From assembly GCF_009914755.1 (NCBI RefSeq), contig NC_060931.1: 64,000 bases of DNA; one strand, 5' to 3'. Shown in pieces: positions 42,200 to 61,003 of the stretch. Position 1 is the stretch's first letter. Each line of letters opens with the position of its first letter. The DNA comes from the human T2T-CHM13v2.0 reference genome, Homo sapiens. The position numbers and the translations under genes are program-made. Under the pieces are notes generated by a model, which was given only the letters and a program-made list of their open reading frames with translations, did not search any database and was not told the origin of the DNA.

Positions 42200-43330
42200 C
42201 CTCAGACGCCCCACGCCCCCCACCTCCCGCCAAATATCACCAGAATAAGTGAGCTCCGAAGTCCCAGTCCGGATTTAACCCGGCCGCGTCGCGCAGGATC
42301 CGGGGGGGCGGGCGGGGGCAGCAACTTTTCTGGCGTGGGCGGTTGAGACGTCTCCATGGAGAGGACCTTCGCGCCTTTCCGCCCAGCTGCTGGAAGCGCG
42401 GGGGAGGACGCCCAGGAAAGGCCTGCGGGAGGGGGTCGTCCAGCCCCGCGTCCCCGGCCCGGGGCAGGACGAAGCCCCCCTTCCCGTCGCTCCCGCTTCC
42501 AGCAGGACGGCCAGGCCCGCGGCCAGCGCCCACAGTCCCCGCCCGCCGCCGCCTTCTCACCAGCAGTCCCGGTTGGGGCACTTGCCCAGCATGTGCCGGC
42601 GGCAGAAGTGCAGCTGGTCGCAGGCCTGGCACTCGCCGCGCTGGTAGCGGGCGCAGAGGCGCACAGAGGACACGGCCACCACCCTCCAGGCGGAGGTGCC
42701 GCCACCGCCCACCGCGCCGGCCGCCGCCTCGGCCTCCGCGTCCCCGAGGCCCTCCTGCGTCTCCACCTCCTGCAGCAGGAAACGCTCGGGCCCGGCGCGC
42801 TGCAGCACGTCCCGGAGCCTGGCCTCCGACAGCTCCACGTGGCCGCGCAGGTCCTTCAGGAACATGCGGCCGCCGTGGGCGCACAGCACCTTGGTGAGGA
42901 AGGAGCACACTGTGGGCTCCGCCATGGTCGCTGGCGCGGGCCCTGTGCGCGCGGCGCAGCGAGCCGGGGCGGGCAGGCTCCTCCCAGTCACGTCCACGAT
43001 TTCCAGCGAACAGCCCGGGGATGGGCCTGGGCCTGGCGAGGGGTGGGCCTGCGGGAGGCCGGGCGAGGGGCGGCCCCGGCGCGTGGAAGCAGGGTACGGC
43101 GCCTGCGGATCCCCTGGACGTGGACTCAGGCGGGGACAGCGTTGATGGAGCGTCTGCTCCGCCCAGGCACCGTTCAGGGCGAAGCCTGGCCTTGAGGGGC
43201 TTGTATAGTGGGAGTCACAAAGGACTCGCCAACAAGACAACTGGTAGTGCTAGGGAGGCCTGCGGAGAAGGAGAAATAGGTAAAAGGTGGTAGGAGGTGA
43301 GTGGCCGGGCTGCTTCGCGGGAGGTGGCCA
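42200..43330 (-). promoter_or_regulatory. CpG island / TATA-less promoter of ZC3HAV1L with GC boxes
   Basis: Very high GC and CpG density across exon 1; GGGGCGGG at ~42965 and ~42305; no TATA box seen. Confidence 0.9.
42561..42925 (-). CDS. ZC3HAV1L: ZC3HAV1L coding exon 1 ([21 protein letters not shown]...CPNRDC-W); ZnF1 and start of ZnF2
   Basis: ATG at 42925-42923 in strong Kozak context (ACCATGG). N-terminus is homologous to ZAP [21 protein letters not shown]. Donor TG|GTGAGA at 42561/42560; 365 nt, phase 2. Confidence 0.97.
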
Positions 43331-43950
43331 CTAGCCACATGTGGCTGCTGAGCACTTCTGGGATTTTTTGTTGTTGTTGTATTTTTATTTTTGGAGACAA
43401 GGCCTCACGTTATCGCCCAGGCTGGAGTGCAGTGGCGCTATCGTAGTTCGCTGCAGCCTGGAACTCCTGGGCTCAAGCGATCCTCCCACCTCAGCCTCCT
43501 GAGTAGCTGAGACCGAAGGTTCGCATCACTAATTTTTTTGGTTTTTGTTTTGCTTTGTAGAAACGGGGTCTCCTCATGTTGCCCAGGCTGGTCTCGAACT
43601 CCTCAAGCGATCCACCTGCCTCAGCCTCCCAGAGCACTGGAATTACAGGCGTGAGCCACCCCGCGGGGCCTGCTGAGCTTTATTGGAAAGTGGCTAGTCC
43701 GAATTGAGATGTGATATAAGTGTGAAATACACACACTAGATTTTGAGGACTGAGAATGAGAAAAAGAATGTAAAATATCTCACTAACTTTATATGAATCA
43801 CATGTTAAACATAATATTTTGGATATATTTGGATAAATAAAATGTTATGACAACTTCATGTGTTGCTTCTACTTTCCTAATGTAGCTATGAGGAAATTTT
43901 ACATTGCAAATGTGGATTACCTTATTTTTGTTGAGCAGCACCAGTCTAGA
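43320..43950. mobile_element. MER33-like DNA transposon split by an antisense Alu (43367-43670), directly upstream of the ZC3HAV1L promoter
   Basis: GTGGCCACTAGCCACATGTGGCTGCTGAGCACTT ... GTGGCTAGTCCGAATTGAGATGTG; CTGCTGAGC duplicated around the Alu. Confidence 0.7.
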
Positions 43951-46091
43951 CCTGCCTTAAGCATCCATGCTTTTTGTCCAACACCTTGCTTGTTTCATGA
44001 ACGTTTGTTGAGCCAACTACTAACGCAGTGACAGTACAAAGATGAATCAGACCATCAGAGAACTCAGCCAGCCTAGCTGCTATTTTGCAAGGTGCTCGTG
44101 AGGATTAAATGCATTAATGTCATGTAATGTAAAGAAGCTAGAGAGGAAGACAACTGGCCAGATGCCAGAAGACCTTCTCTGCCATGCTGTGAAATTTGGA
44201 CTTATATCCCGAGAACTTTGGGAAGTCACTAAAGGATTTTCATCTGGGAAGTGTGGATGTCTCCTGAGTGCCACTCAAGGTGTGTCATTCAGCTCTGAGC
44301 TTTAATGTCTTCTCTTCAGCAAAACCTTTCCTGACCTCTCAAATCTAAAGTAGCTCCCCAGTCTGCATGGAACTTACCACTGATATTTTTCTTCTTTATT
44401 GTGTATTTATATATTTAGCTATAGAATTCAGGCTCATGAAAGCAGGAACCTTGTTTTGTTCATTGCTGTATCCCTACCACCTAAAATAGTACCTGGCCAT
44501 ATTGTAGGATAGGTGTTTTAGAAAGACCCCTGGCAGCAATGAGAAGAATGGATTTCTAGAAAAGCAAGACGAGGTGGGGAATAACAGAAAATAAACAGGA
44601 TTTGAGGGACTATAACCCCAGTGTTATTTATGTTGAGAGTTTGCAGTGGACAACCCAAGGTAAGACGCTCAACAGGCAGGTGTATTCTGTATACAGGTCT
44701 AGACCTTGAGGGACATGAGAAGGGAAGGGATGTAGATTTGCGTGACATCAGAGCATTAGGTAACTGAGAGTTGATAAGATCACCTGGCAAAAATGAAGAG
44801 TGTGAAAAGGTGGGGGACGGGGGGAAAGAAGCTTGGCGAATACCCACATTAAATAAGCAAGTGGGGGAAGAGAAAAATAGGCAGTAGCCTACGTCCCCTT
44901 GGCACTCAGCATTTGTTCCTGAACTCTCTGCCTAAGCTTTTTCCAACAGAAGGAGGAAGCAGCCAGCAGGAAAGGCAGGCTGGAATTACCAAGGAGCCAA
45001 CACCTCCAGGAAGAGCCTTCATCCAGGGATGTTGGGGAATTGGTGGTTTGAGGATGCACTCTCAACCCTAAAATTGGCATGAGGATTATTTTAAACTAAA
45101 GACATGTAAGATTCAATAGAGGCAAAAAGAAGCCTTCTTGAAGCTTCCTTTATTTCAGTAAAAGCAGAATCTTCTGGGAGTGAGGTTGCCATTCATCCCC
45201 TCTCCAGGGGTTTATGGACATGAAATAGAAAACCACGTGCACCTGCATAAACAACTTCCCTATGAACACAAACTTCCTTATCTCCTGTTTGTTCCCTAGA
45301 AACCCCTTTGTTCTTCCCATAGGAGCCTTTTTGCCCCCCTCTCTCCCCTATTAAGTTAGGTAAATAAATCATCATCACTTCTTTTGTGCAGTGCCATATG
45401 CATATATGTTTTTTCTCTTGTCAGTTAAATTTGCAGCCCCTCAGAACTGAACATAAGAGAGTGCAGGAAAAGTTTTTCCTCCCCAACAATGGATCAAACA
45501 GCCCAACTCATTCCTCGTGTGGAACCACTTGGAGGTGTACATTCCATGGTCTCCCAATGTTTCCTCAATGGAACTGAACCCCAGTTGCCCACAGCCACAC
45601 CTGCTCATTAGCACTCCCCATACAGTCTTCCTTCCTTTCCTTGCCCTACCTCCCCATTCCCCTGCCAGTGTTTCTTAGGATCACCTCCCAAGTAAACTGT
45701 GTGCATTCAATCCTTGTCAGATTGCTCCTGAGAGAACATAGCCTAACATATAAACTGATAAGGAGAGGTTAGAGAAAAATGAGAGTCATTCATGGACACG
45801 CAGAGGAGAGAGTTTCAAGGAGAAAGTGATCAGCATGGTGAGATACTACAGGGAGGAGCTTTCCTACAAGGGAAAGCTTGTAGACAGTGATAACCTAGGC
45901 AGGTTTATTTCAGAGGAATAATGAGAAAAGGTAGATTTCTGTAGGTTAAAAAAAGAAGAATAGAAAAACCGAGGACTTTACTTCTAAAAGTAAGTAAGGT
46001 AATGATAATAAGAGGAAGACACAAGACTGAGAAAGGTATTTTATTATAGGAGAGACAAGCATAGTTACATGCTGAGTAGAAAGAGCCAGTA

Positions 46092-50133
<4,042 letters not shown>

Positions 50134-50440
50134 TTATATTTTTAACTTTTGTGTCTCAGCCTGGCCCTGTTCACACCCCCGAGACTAAAGGAAGAAAGGT
50201 GTGTTAGCAGCTTTCAACCCTTCCCTCTCTAAATCCCCAGACAAAAGATGTGGGGGCCATCACCACCACTGTGCCTTGCCCAGGTGACTTGGTCATCGAA
50301 CCCTGGAATGATAAAGCTGGAAGGGGCAAAACACATCATCTCTCTCCCATTGAATAACTGGTGTCTGCAGTTGATGATGTTTTGGGAGATACCTAGAAAT
50401 AGATCAAATAAAGGCAGTAGAACCAAATTAATTACTTCTT

Positions 50441-50446
50441 TTTATT
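50441..50446 (-). terminator. Probable distal polyadenylation signal of ZC3HAV1 (AATAAA)
   Basis: TTTATT on the plus strand; T-rich sequence follows on the minus strand; position agrees with the recalled UTR length. Confidence 0.6.
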
Positions 50447-51007
50447 AGACAGTTCAAATTAAGCTTGAAGAACAGGAAGCAATACAACTCAACTATTGAA
50501 ATACAAATAGTTGAGCTTAATTTATTCAACAAAATTTACCCAATATATCAGTGTACAAAGCATGCTGCTGGGCTGGGCATCAGGCGTGGCACAGCAAACA
50601 AGACAGACTGACTCAACCCTCAGGGGGCTTACATTCTAATGCAGAAAGCAGATAATTTCAGTTTGGATACATAATACAAATTATCAAAGCAAGGCGCAAA
50701 GTATTTTAAAAATAAGGGGTTTGGGAGGCCAAGATCTGACCTATTCTGTAGAAGGACTCCTTAGGAAAGTAACAGTTGAGCCAATCTAAGGATGCTAGAT
50801 ATTCAGTAGGTCAGTGGAAAAAATCAGTGGTTCTCACTGTGGTCAGTGGGTTATTGGTGGTTTCATAATAACTGGGGACTACTCCCAGCACTGAGTGGAT
50901 GCAGCCAGGGAGAACGATGTCCTGCAGTGTGTGGGTTAGTGCCACACAACGAAGAATTATTCTGTACCCTGTACGACTGTCTAATGTCCTGCTGGACATT
51001 TAGGTAG

Positions 51008-51065
51008 GACCTACAGCTTGTCCGAGAGAGTAACTCATTTGTTTTCTCTGAGACAATCTGTAATT
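51008..51065 (-). ncRNA. MIR10399: pre-miRNA hairpin MIR10399 within the ZC3HAV1 3' UTR
   Basis: Minus-strand arms AATTACAGATTGTCTCAGAGA and CTCTCGGACAAGCTGTAGGTC pair into a 58-nt stem-loop; both match the recalled miR-10399-5p and -3p sequences. Confidence 0.8.
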
Positions 51066-52807
51066 TGTCTTGTCCTATTATCCTTAAGTAAGGTAATTTC
51101 GCTCTTTCTTTTCCCATATACAGATTATGTACATAGTCTGTTTTGTCTTTACCCTAACACTGGTTTTCATTCTAGTGTCCCCCACCCGTCTAGTTTCATT
51201 TTCCTGTACTTGTTTACAGGAAGTAGCCTCTAATCGGCTCTTAAATCCAAACCTACTCATTACAAGGAAGAGTAAACATCTGTCTGTTTCAAACAGCGTA
51301 GTCATGCCTGAGCGTTTACATAATGAAATTCATCTTCTTTTCATTATAAATTTCTTCTTTTCTATTTCTCCTTAATAAGAGAGTTAGGGCATTAAATTGA
51401 TTTTTTTAAGAAATTCATGTGTGTAAGTAGATTGTATTATCTATGAGTCATTTCAGGTCAGCAAAGAGAATGTTACAAAATATCTGCTCTGAAAAAGGTG
51501 AATAGATCTGATAGGGTTTGTGGTTGTCACCGTGACTGGGCGTGGGGGTGGGGGCGCTACTAGCATTTAGTATGTGAGAGCCAAGTATGCAGAACATCTT
51601 GCAATACATTGGACAGTTCCTCACAATAAGAAATTACTCTGCACCCTATACGAATTTTGAATGTCTCACTAGACATTCATGTATGACCTATAGCTCGTCT
51701 GCAAGAATATATCCTCATTTTCTCCACTTCGACAACTGTACATTTTCTTGCATAGTATCTTTATTTCAATAAAGGTTATTTCGTTCTTTCTCTTATATAC
51801 AAATAAGTATTGTCATATGCAAAGAAGTTATTGTATCCCTAGTTTTTATTCTAATGCCCACTGATATCCCTGCTTTTACATTTTCCCACATATGATCTGA
51901 TCTCCTACCTTCTAAGTTCAAATTGATGCATTATAAATAGTTGTAAGCATCTGACTACTTCATTAGGTCTTCAGTTACAGCTGTGCCCAAGTTAGGTACC
52001 TTTTATTTCCTCTTTATGTTCATATTAGTTTTATTTAATTTTTAATTTATTTCTAAAATTGTGTGTAGGTGGAGCATATTACCTCTGAATTGGATTTGGA
52101 GGATAATAAAGAAGATGTATTTCTATTTGTCGTTTAGAAAAAAAAAGGCAGAAATGCCCATTGAAAACCACTGAACTAGCTAAAAATGGGAACCACAAAA
52201 CTGAAAGGAAGCCAGAGTGGCTTGCGCAGAAGAAACTAAATGATAGAGGGGTAGGGGAGGGAGAGATCACATGGGGCCATGACAGCGGTTTTGAACTTTA
52301 TCCTGAAGACTTGATGTGTGTTTTGAATGTGCATTACTAAGTAAATTTTAAAAAATATAACCTTCTTGCTCTGAAGAAAACACAGCAAACAACTTAGAAG
52401 GGAACAGAGATATTTAAGAGGTAAAACTAGACTTAGAAACTGCTTAGATGTTTATCAGGAGGGAGAGGAAGGAGTCAAAGATGACTTCCAGATTTCTGCT
52501 TGAGCCAATGGGTAGATGGTGATGCTTTTCACTTACATACAGATCCTGAGAGAGGAACAGGTTCATGTGAGGGAGGTAGATGGAGAGTTCCACTTTGGAC
52601 ATATTGAATCAAAGATGCCTGTGAAATATCCAGCTAGTGGTGTCTAATGGGCTGTTGGAAAGAGTTGGACAAACTGCACCCCTACAATGTGAGGGTCAAG
52701 TTCAGAAAATGAACACTCCAAAACGAAAGTTACCATGAAAGAAATAAGTCAATGAGAATAAGCATTTGTAGTAACTCTCCCAGAAAATAACTCTACTCTA
52801 AAAAAAC

Positions 52808-52809
<2 letters not shown>

Positions 52810-52839
<30 letters not shown>
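52810..52839 (-). repeat. A30 tract (mRNA sense) in the ZC3HAV1 3' UTR
   Basis: 30 consecutive T on the plus strand, with no adjacent Alu or L1 body. Confidence 0.9.
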
Positions 52840-52842
<3 letters not shown>

Positions 52843-53870
52843 GGTGGAGCTGTTTAAGCCAAGGAGTTGTGGAGATCTCTGTGATGATCCAAAATCTGAC
52901 TAATATAAAATCAACTCTGATGCTAATTAAATCTGACTTATAACTTGTCTGCTAAAAGAAATTATAACAGGAAACTTTGGTGACTGGTAAGGAATGTTGA
53001 AAAGGGAAAATCAGAAGGAAAAACCTGGTTCATAAGAAGGAAGGAAATATTGGTCCAAGCACGTCAAGGGCTCTAAGTAAAAACCGATGGCACTACAATT
53101 CCACATAATCCATTACATTTGGAAAAAGAAGCTCCTGGTAGACACAGGGCCTCTTTGGGATATTGTTCTTTGTTCTGATTCTGTGCTCACCAGGAAACAA
53201 ATTTCATCTCCGTAGGGGGCCCGTCCTTCAGTAGGAATGGCCCTGCTCCTAGGTTCTTGGCTCACTTGCCAAGACTACAATAGCACTCGCGTTTATCAGT
53301 TATGCTTGTGTGAAGCTGGTTATTGCAATTCATTGTTCTCAAAATACTTTCATGAAAAGCCTGACCTGAGAAAAAGCCTTCTCTGTAATCATATTAATTA
53401 GAACATAAATGTCTACTTTGCCATAATTATACAAAGAGCCCAAATGGGCAATTAACTCCAGTTGGTTGCTTCTCTCTGAGCCTTACTTGCCAGCTCTTAT
53501 TACCGCATTCCAGAGAGAGTCAACCTGGATGGAGTTTGTCCCCTAAATAAATGTAGCGATAAAGAAAAGGGTGCTCCAAATCAGTTTCATCAGAATGATA
53601 AGGTACAGTACTGCAGCCATGTCTGCAATAGCACTTCAATTTTACTTTTTTTTCCCCTAGCATGTCCTTAAGCATTTTCTCCCCAGCTTTTCACAATCTT
53701 TCTTCTAAGGCTGTAATGTCTTACATCCTTAATAGGCATGATTAGATTTCTCCCAAATTTTCCAAATTAACTTTCTTTCAATGTAACCAAAACAAAACCA
53801 TGGCATACAGTAAACTAAAAGGGTAGACAGGAGAGAAAGGTTGCTGCAATTACAGAAAATTTAGAAATCA

Positions 53871-54385
<515 letters not shown>

Positions 54386-54501
54386 AAGACATTAGATAAC
54401 TGAGCAGGAAAATATAAAACTTTAACTCCTGTCTGCGGCAATTTAGTTCTGTAAAGGAACAGAATGGTTATGGCATCCTTCTGACGCTGTATTCATCGGT
54501 T

Positions 54502-54771
<270 letters not shown>

Positions 54772-56333
54772 TCAGAAAGAAAAGTTAAGAAATATTATAA
54801 AAGAAGGTATACAGTTTATAAGATTTGTTATATACAGTCAGATGGGTGTGGACTAAGCATATGTCAATAATACCTTACTGATATTTATAAACTTTCCTTT
54901 GCACTTAAAAACATGTTAATGATGCAGGCGAACTTAAATACAGTATATAACCCTATAGAAATGACTGAGGAATATTTGCTACAGTGCAGAGCTCATGCTG
55001 ATAGTGTGAGCCATTGGGTGCAATGACCAAATGACAATGTCACAGTGGCCCAATTCATGCAATTCACCCAGTGTGAGCTGAATGAGCAAACTTGGAACTG
55101 ATGAGTCAGTTGATGCTTCGTCCTCAACTCTAAAACAACCTCAGATAACGATTGCTGCTTCCATACACAGCAGACCAACAATTTCCTGCCAAGTTAAAAT
55201 TTTTATTTTTATCATTGTCAAGTGCTACTCTGGGCAGGTGCAGTGGCTCATGTCTGTAATCCCAGCATTATGGGAGGTTGAGGCGGGTGGATCACATGAG
55301 CCCAGGAATTTGAGACCAGCCTGGGCAACATGGGGAGACTCCATCTCTACAAAAAATTTAAAAATTAGCCGGGCATGGTGGCGTGCACTTGTAATCTCAG
55401 CTACTCAGGAAGCTGAGGCAGGATTGATTGAGCCCAGGAAGTTGAGGCTGCAGTAAGCTAGGATCATACCACTGCACTCCAGCCTGGGCAACAGAGTGAG
55501 ATTCTGTATCAAAAAATACTAATAATATTTTCTAAGAAAGCTACTCTGTCGTTTTAAAGACCATGAGTAGATATTGCAACTCCTATTTCCATGCAAGAAT
55601 CAATAAGTAAAATGAATTGTTTTACTTGTGGTAACAAATGTTTAATATACTTCCCATCTACTTTGTTTTTGTTCTTTTTATCATTTTATAGTTAGATGTT
55701 TGAATTCCAGAAACATTGCTTATCCTGAATAGGTCAGATACTAGATATTCTGTGCAAATGATGTTCTACTATATTTAAAGTAAAATATGGAAGTCTACCT
55801 ATACTGACCTACGACGTCCAATCCCACTCCCCTTCCCAAAACAGTTTATGGCTGGCGGGAATTCTTTCACACCTGTTTCTATGCATTCACATACATATAT
55901 GTGCATATGGTGGTTTATGGTGGTTTACTTGTTCATAAATAGGATCATAATATATGAACTGTTCTACAACTTTTTTTTCCACTTTAGTCCTAGAAATCTT
56001 GCTATGTCAGTACATCCAACTCTCTCTCTCTCCTTTTTTTTTTTTTTTTTTCGTTGTTGTTGTTGTTGCTGCTGTTTTTGAGACAGGGTCTCTGTCACCC
56101 AGGCTGGGGTGCAGTGGTGCAATCTTGGCTCACTGCAGCCTTGATATCCTGGGCTCAAGCAATCTTCCCACCTCAGCCTCCCATTCTAATCGGTGCGAGG
56201 CAACAGCTCATTGTGGTTTTAATTTGCGTTTGCTTGATGATTAGCGATGTTGAGCATTTTTTCATGAACTCATTGGCCATTTGTATTTCTTCTTTTGAGA
56301 AATGTCTATTCAAGTCTTTTGCCCATTTTTGAA

Positions 56334-56950
56334 ACTTTTATTTGCATGTATTTTACGCTGAATTTATTCCCGTGCTGTAAGTTTTTGCTTCTTCAGTATC
56401 TTCTAGGATAGCTTTTTCTTCTGTGCACCTCCTCTTCTGGTTTAGGAACACGGTGTGCTTCTTCAGGAAGATTGTCTCTATGTGGCAGGGGGAGCTTAGG
56501 CATGAGTTAATCCAACCATGAGCTCTGGAAGTCTGGTGGCACATCTTGGGTGCTTTGTGCGCCTGAATATCCTCGACGACCAGAGAATCTACAGCTCAAC
56601 CCTTACGTTCAGCATTACTCTCTGCATTTTTAAGTGTGTACAGCAAGAATTCAATTCTTTTGGGGTCACAAACTGCGTGCCCAGCCCCACTGTTTGGTCT
56701 GGGCACTCCTACCAACTCCACCCTCGTAACGTTGGAATGGTACACATTGTTTCCATACAGTGACATCTTTCAGACATTTGCTGGCTTTTCATATAGGCGT
56801 ACTCTTGATGGCCTGGGCAGTTTCATGGGTGTCCTTAGAGTGAACATGAAGATTTGAACCTCTTTATTTGCATGATTTCATGGAGTTTTCTGGGTCAAGT
56901 GAATAGTGAACCATTTTCACAGATCACCGCAGGCCACTTATGGGAACAGC
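56334..56950 (-). pseudogene. Processed RPL17 (60S ribosomal protein L17) pseudogene in ZC3HAV1 intron 12, sense to host (possibly RPL17P28)
   Basis: ATG at 56914 reads [36 protein letters not shown], versus RPL17 [37 protein letters not shown]. Intronless, with in-frame stops and frameshifts. Ends ...KQKLTARE-stop at 56364 with AATAAA at 56342-56337. Degenerate TSD TTGCCCATTTTT/TTGCACATTTTA inside an old L1. Confidence 0.93.
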
Positions 56951-57804
56951 TTGCACATTTTAAAATTGAGTTATTTGTTCTCTTGCTGTTGAATTGTTTA
57001 AGTTCCTTACATATTTTGGATATTAATCCCATATCAGATGTATGGCTTGCAAATATTTTCTCCCACTCTGTGGGTTTGTCTGTTCACTTTGTTAATTGTT
57101 TCCTTTACTGTGGAGAAGCTTTTTAGTTTGATGCTATCTCATTTGTCCATTTTTGTTTTTGTTGCATCAGTTTTTTTATATCACACTTATATAATCTGGA
57201 ATCTATATTTTCTTTTTTTAAAATTCCCTTTATTGTGTTAAGAAAGTTCATTTCTATTCCTACATTTCTGAGTGCTTTATTTTTTTCTTTTTTGAGACAG
57301 AGTTTTCCTCTGTCACTGAGGCTGGAGTGCAGTGGCAGGATCTCAGCTCACTGCAGCCTCCCCTTCTTGTGATCAATCAACTCTCATGCCTCAGCCTCTC
57401 GAGTAGCTAGGACTACAGGCATGTGCCACCACGCCCAGCTAACTTTGTATTTTTATTAGAGATGGGGGGGTTTCACCATGTTGGTCAGGCTGGTCTCAAA
57501 CTCCTGACCTCAGGTGATTCACTCACCTCGGCCTCCCAAAGTGCTGGGATTACAGGAATGAGCCACAGTGCCTAGCCTAACATTTCATTTTTTAGGATAA
57601 ATATTTGTTTGAATTCTAACATAGGATAGACCTGTAAGAAACTGATGGGTTTTAATTTCACCTATCATATGTCACTTAAGATGGTTACTACATTTCCCAT
57701 TTCCTCCAAACACTTCTAGGTAAGTTTCACTGATACATTTAAACTTAATAAACTTATGAAATCTCATCAATAAATTCATTCCCCAGCTTAAAACCTTTCA
57801 TTAG

Positions 57805-58482
<678 letters not shown>

Positions 58483-58518
58483 TAAAAAAATTTGTTTGTA
58501 ATTAAAACAAAAAATTAG

Positions 58519-58644
<126 letters not shown>

Positions 58645-59019
58645 TAATTATGTAAGATAATTATGCAAAATGTGTTTGGGGCCATGTCTAACTTGTTCAC
58701 CACTGTGTACCCACCATCTAGTGTACAGAAGACACTCAAAAATATTTGCTGACTGGCTGATTGACTTCTTGCCTTTTGGGGCAAGAATTGAATTTAATCC
58801 TAGTTGTATGAGTTGAACTCACTTTGAATCTGTGATAAACTATTACTTATTTCCTAAAGATGACTGATTCTTAGTTTTTTTTTTGTTTTTTTAATTTTCT
58901 AGTTTTTATTTATGAAGTTAATTCCCTCAAACATTAAGCTAAGTGTGAAGTGCAGTTTTTAGTAAGCTTGCTTATTAGTTAAAAATGGACAATAAACATT
59001 TACATTCATAAATATTTCT

Positions 59020-59200
59020 CTTTTTTTCTTTTTTTTTCATTTTATTGTTATTTTACTTTAAGTTTTAGGGTACATGTGCACAACGTGCAGGTTTGTTACA
59101 TATGTGTACCTGCGCCATGTTGGTGTGCTGCACCCATTAACTCGTCACGTAGCATTAGGTATATCTCCTAATGCTATCCCTCCCCCCACCCCCCTCCCCT
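59020..59200 (-). mobile_element. 5'-truncated young L1PA 3' end in ZC3HAV1 intron 12 (sense to host)
   Basis: TTTAAGTTTTAGGGTACATGTGCACAACGTGCAGGTTTGTTACATATG is the reverse complement of the L1PA 3' UTR. Confidence 0.88.
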
Positions 59201-59349
59201 CTGGTTTGTTTGTTTTTAAGAGTTGCATGCAGGCCAGGCGCAGTGGCTCACACCTGTAATCCCAGCACTTTGGGAGGCCAAGGCAGGCAGATCCCCTGAG
59301 GTCAGGAGTTCTAGACCAGCCTGACCAACATGGAGAAACCCAGTCTCTA

Positions 59350-59826
<477 letters not shown>

Positions 59827-60356
59827 TCAAAAAAAAAAAAAAATTGGATGCAAGAGTTTAGGAGCAAAAAGAAAGAGCTATAAAGATTTTGTGTGTGGGC
59901 AGACCTGTGACACTTCAGACCGAGGTGACCCAGTGTGGCCTGAGATGGGGAGAGGCCTCTTCTCCCGCTCTTTAATTAAAACCAATCTGTGACAACTGAA
60001 GCCTCATATAGCTTCGCAGGCATGGACATGGGTTCAGGAAGAGCCAAGCCAGAAGTGAGTAGTAATGGTAGACAACAAGACCAACAGATGGAGTAGTTTA
60101 CAAGCACGTATGAAGACTTTGGTCACTCCCAGAAAGAAAACAGAAGACAGGGACTAAGGTCCAGCAATCAAGCTCCAAGTCAACTGATTCACTCTCATTT
60201 GGGCATTTGATATTACCGTGAGCTTACTGTCTCTCCAGGACCACTAGAGCCTGGACACTCTGGTTAATACAAAATAATTACATATACCTCCTAATAGAAG
60301 CACATATAAAGCCCGAGTTATGACTCTACTAGTTACGCTTCTCTATCCCGGCACTA

Positions 60357-60560
<204 letters not shown>

Positions 60561-60841
60561 CTAAAGTCTAATCATCTAAAAATTTCACTCCATCAGCTTT
60601 CACAACGGAGCTACTAACTTTAAGGCAGCAGCTGTACAATAATAAATTTATGAAAACTTTTAAAAGATAGACACATGAAATCATTGAATTGTAAAGCAGT
60701 AAGGCTGAGAGAGAGAAGCCAGAGTTGATAGAATGAAAAAAAAAAAAAAAGACTAGCGCCTAAAGGAACTGTTAACTACTAAAATAAATCAGTGAATATA
60801 AATCTCAAAGGACGGATATTAACTAATCCTTTCCGGTTTTA

Positions 60842-61003
<162 letters not shown>

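Noticed and set aside
42202-43195. Long overlapping ORFs in other frames and on the plus strand (167-279 aa)
   Set aside because: Shadow ORFs of a stop-poor CpG island; Arg/Pro/Gly/Ala-rich with no domain. Only the MAEPTV frame is homologous to ZAP and splices correctly.
56353-56857. ORFs overlapping the RPL17 copy as a functional gene
   Set aside because: Early stop at codon 17, further stops and frameshifts; it is a pseudogene.
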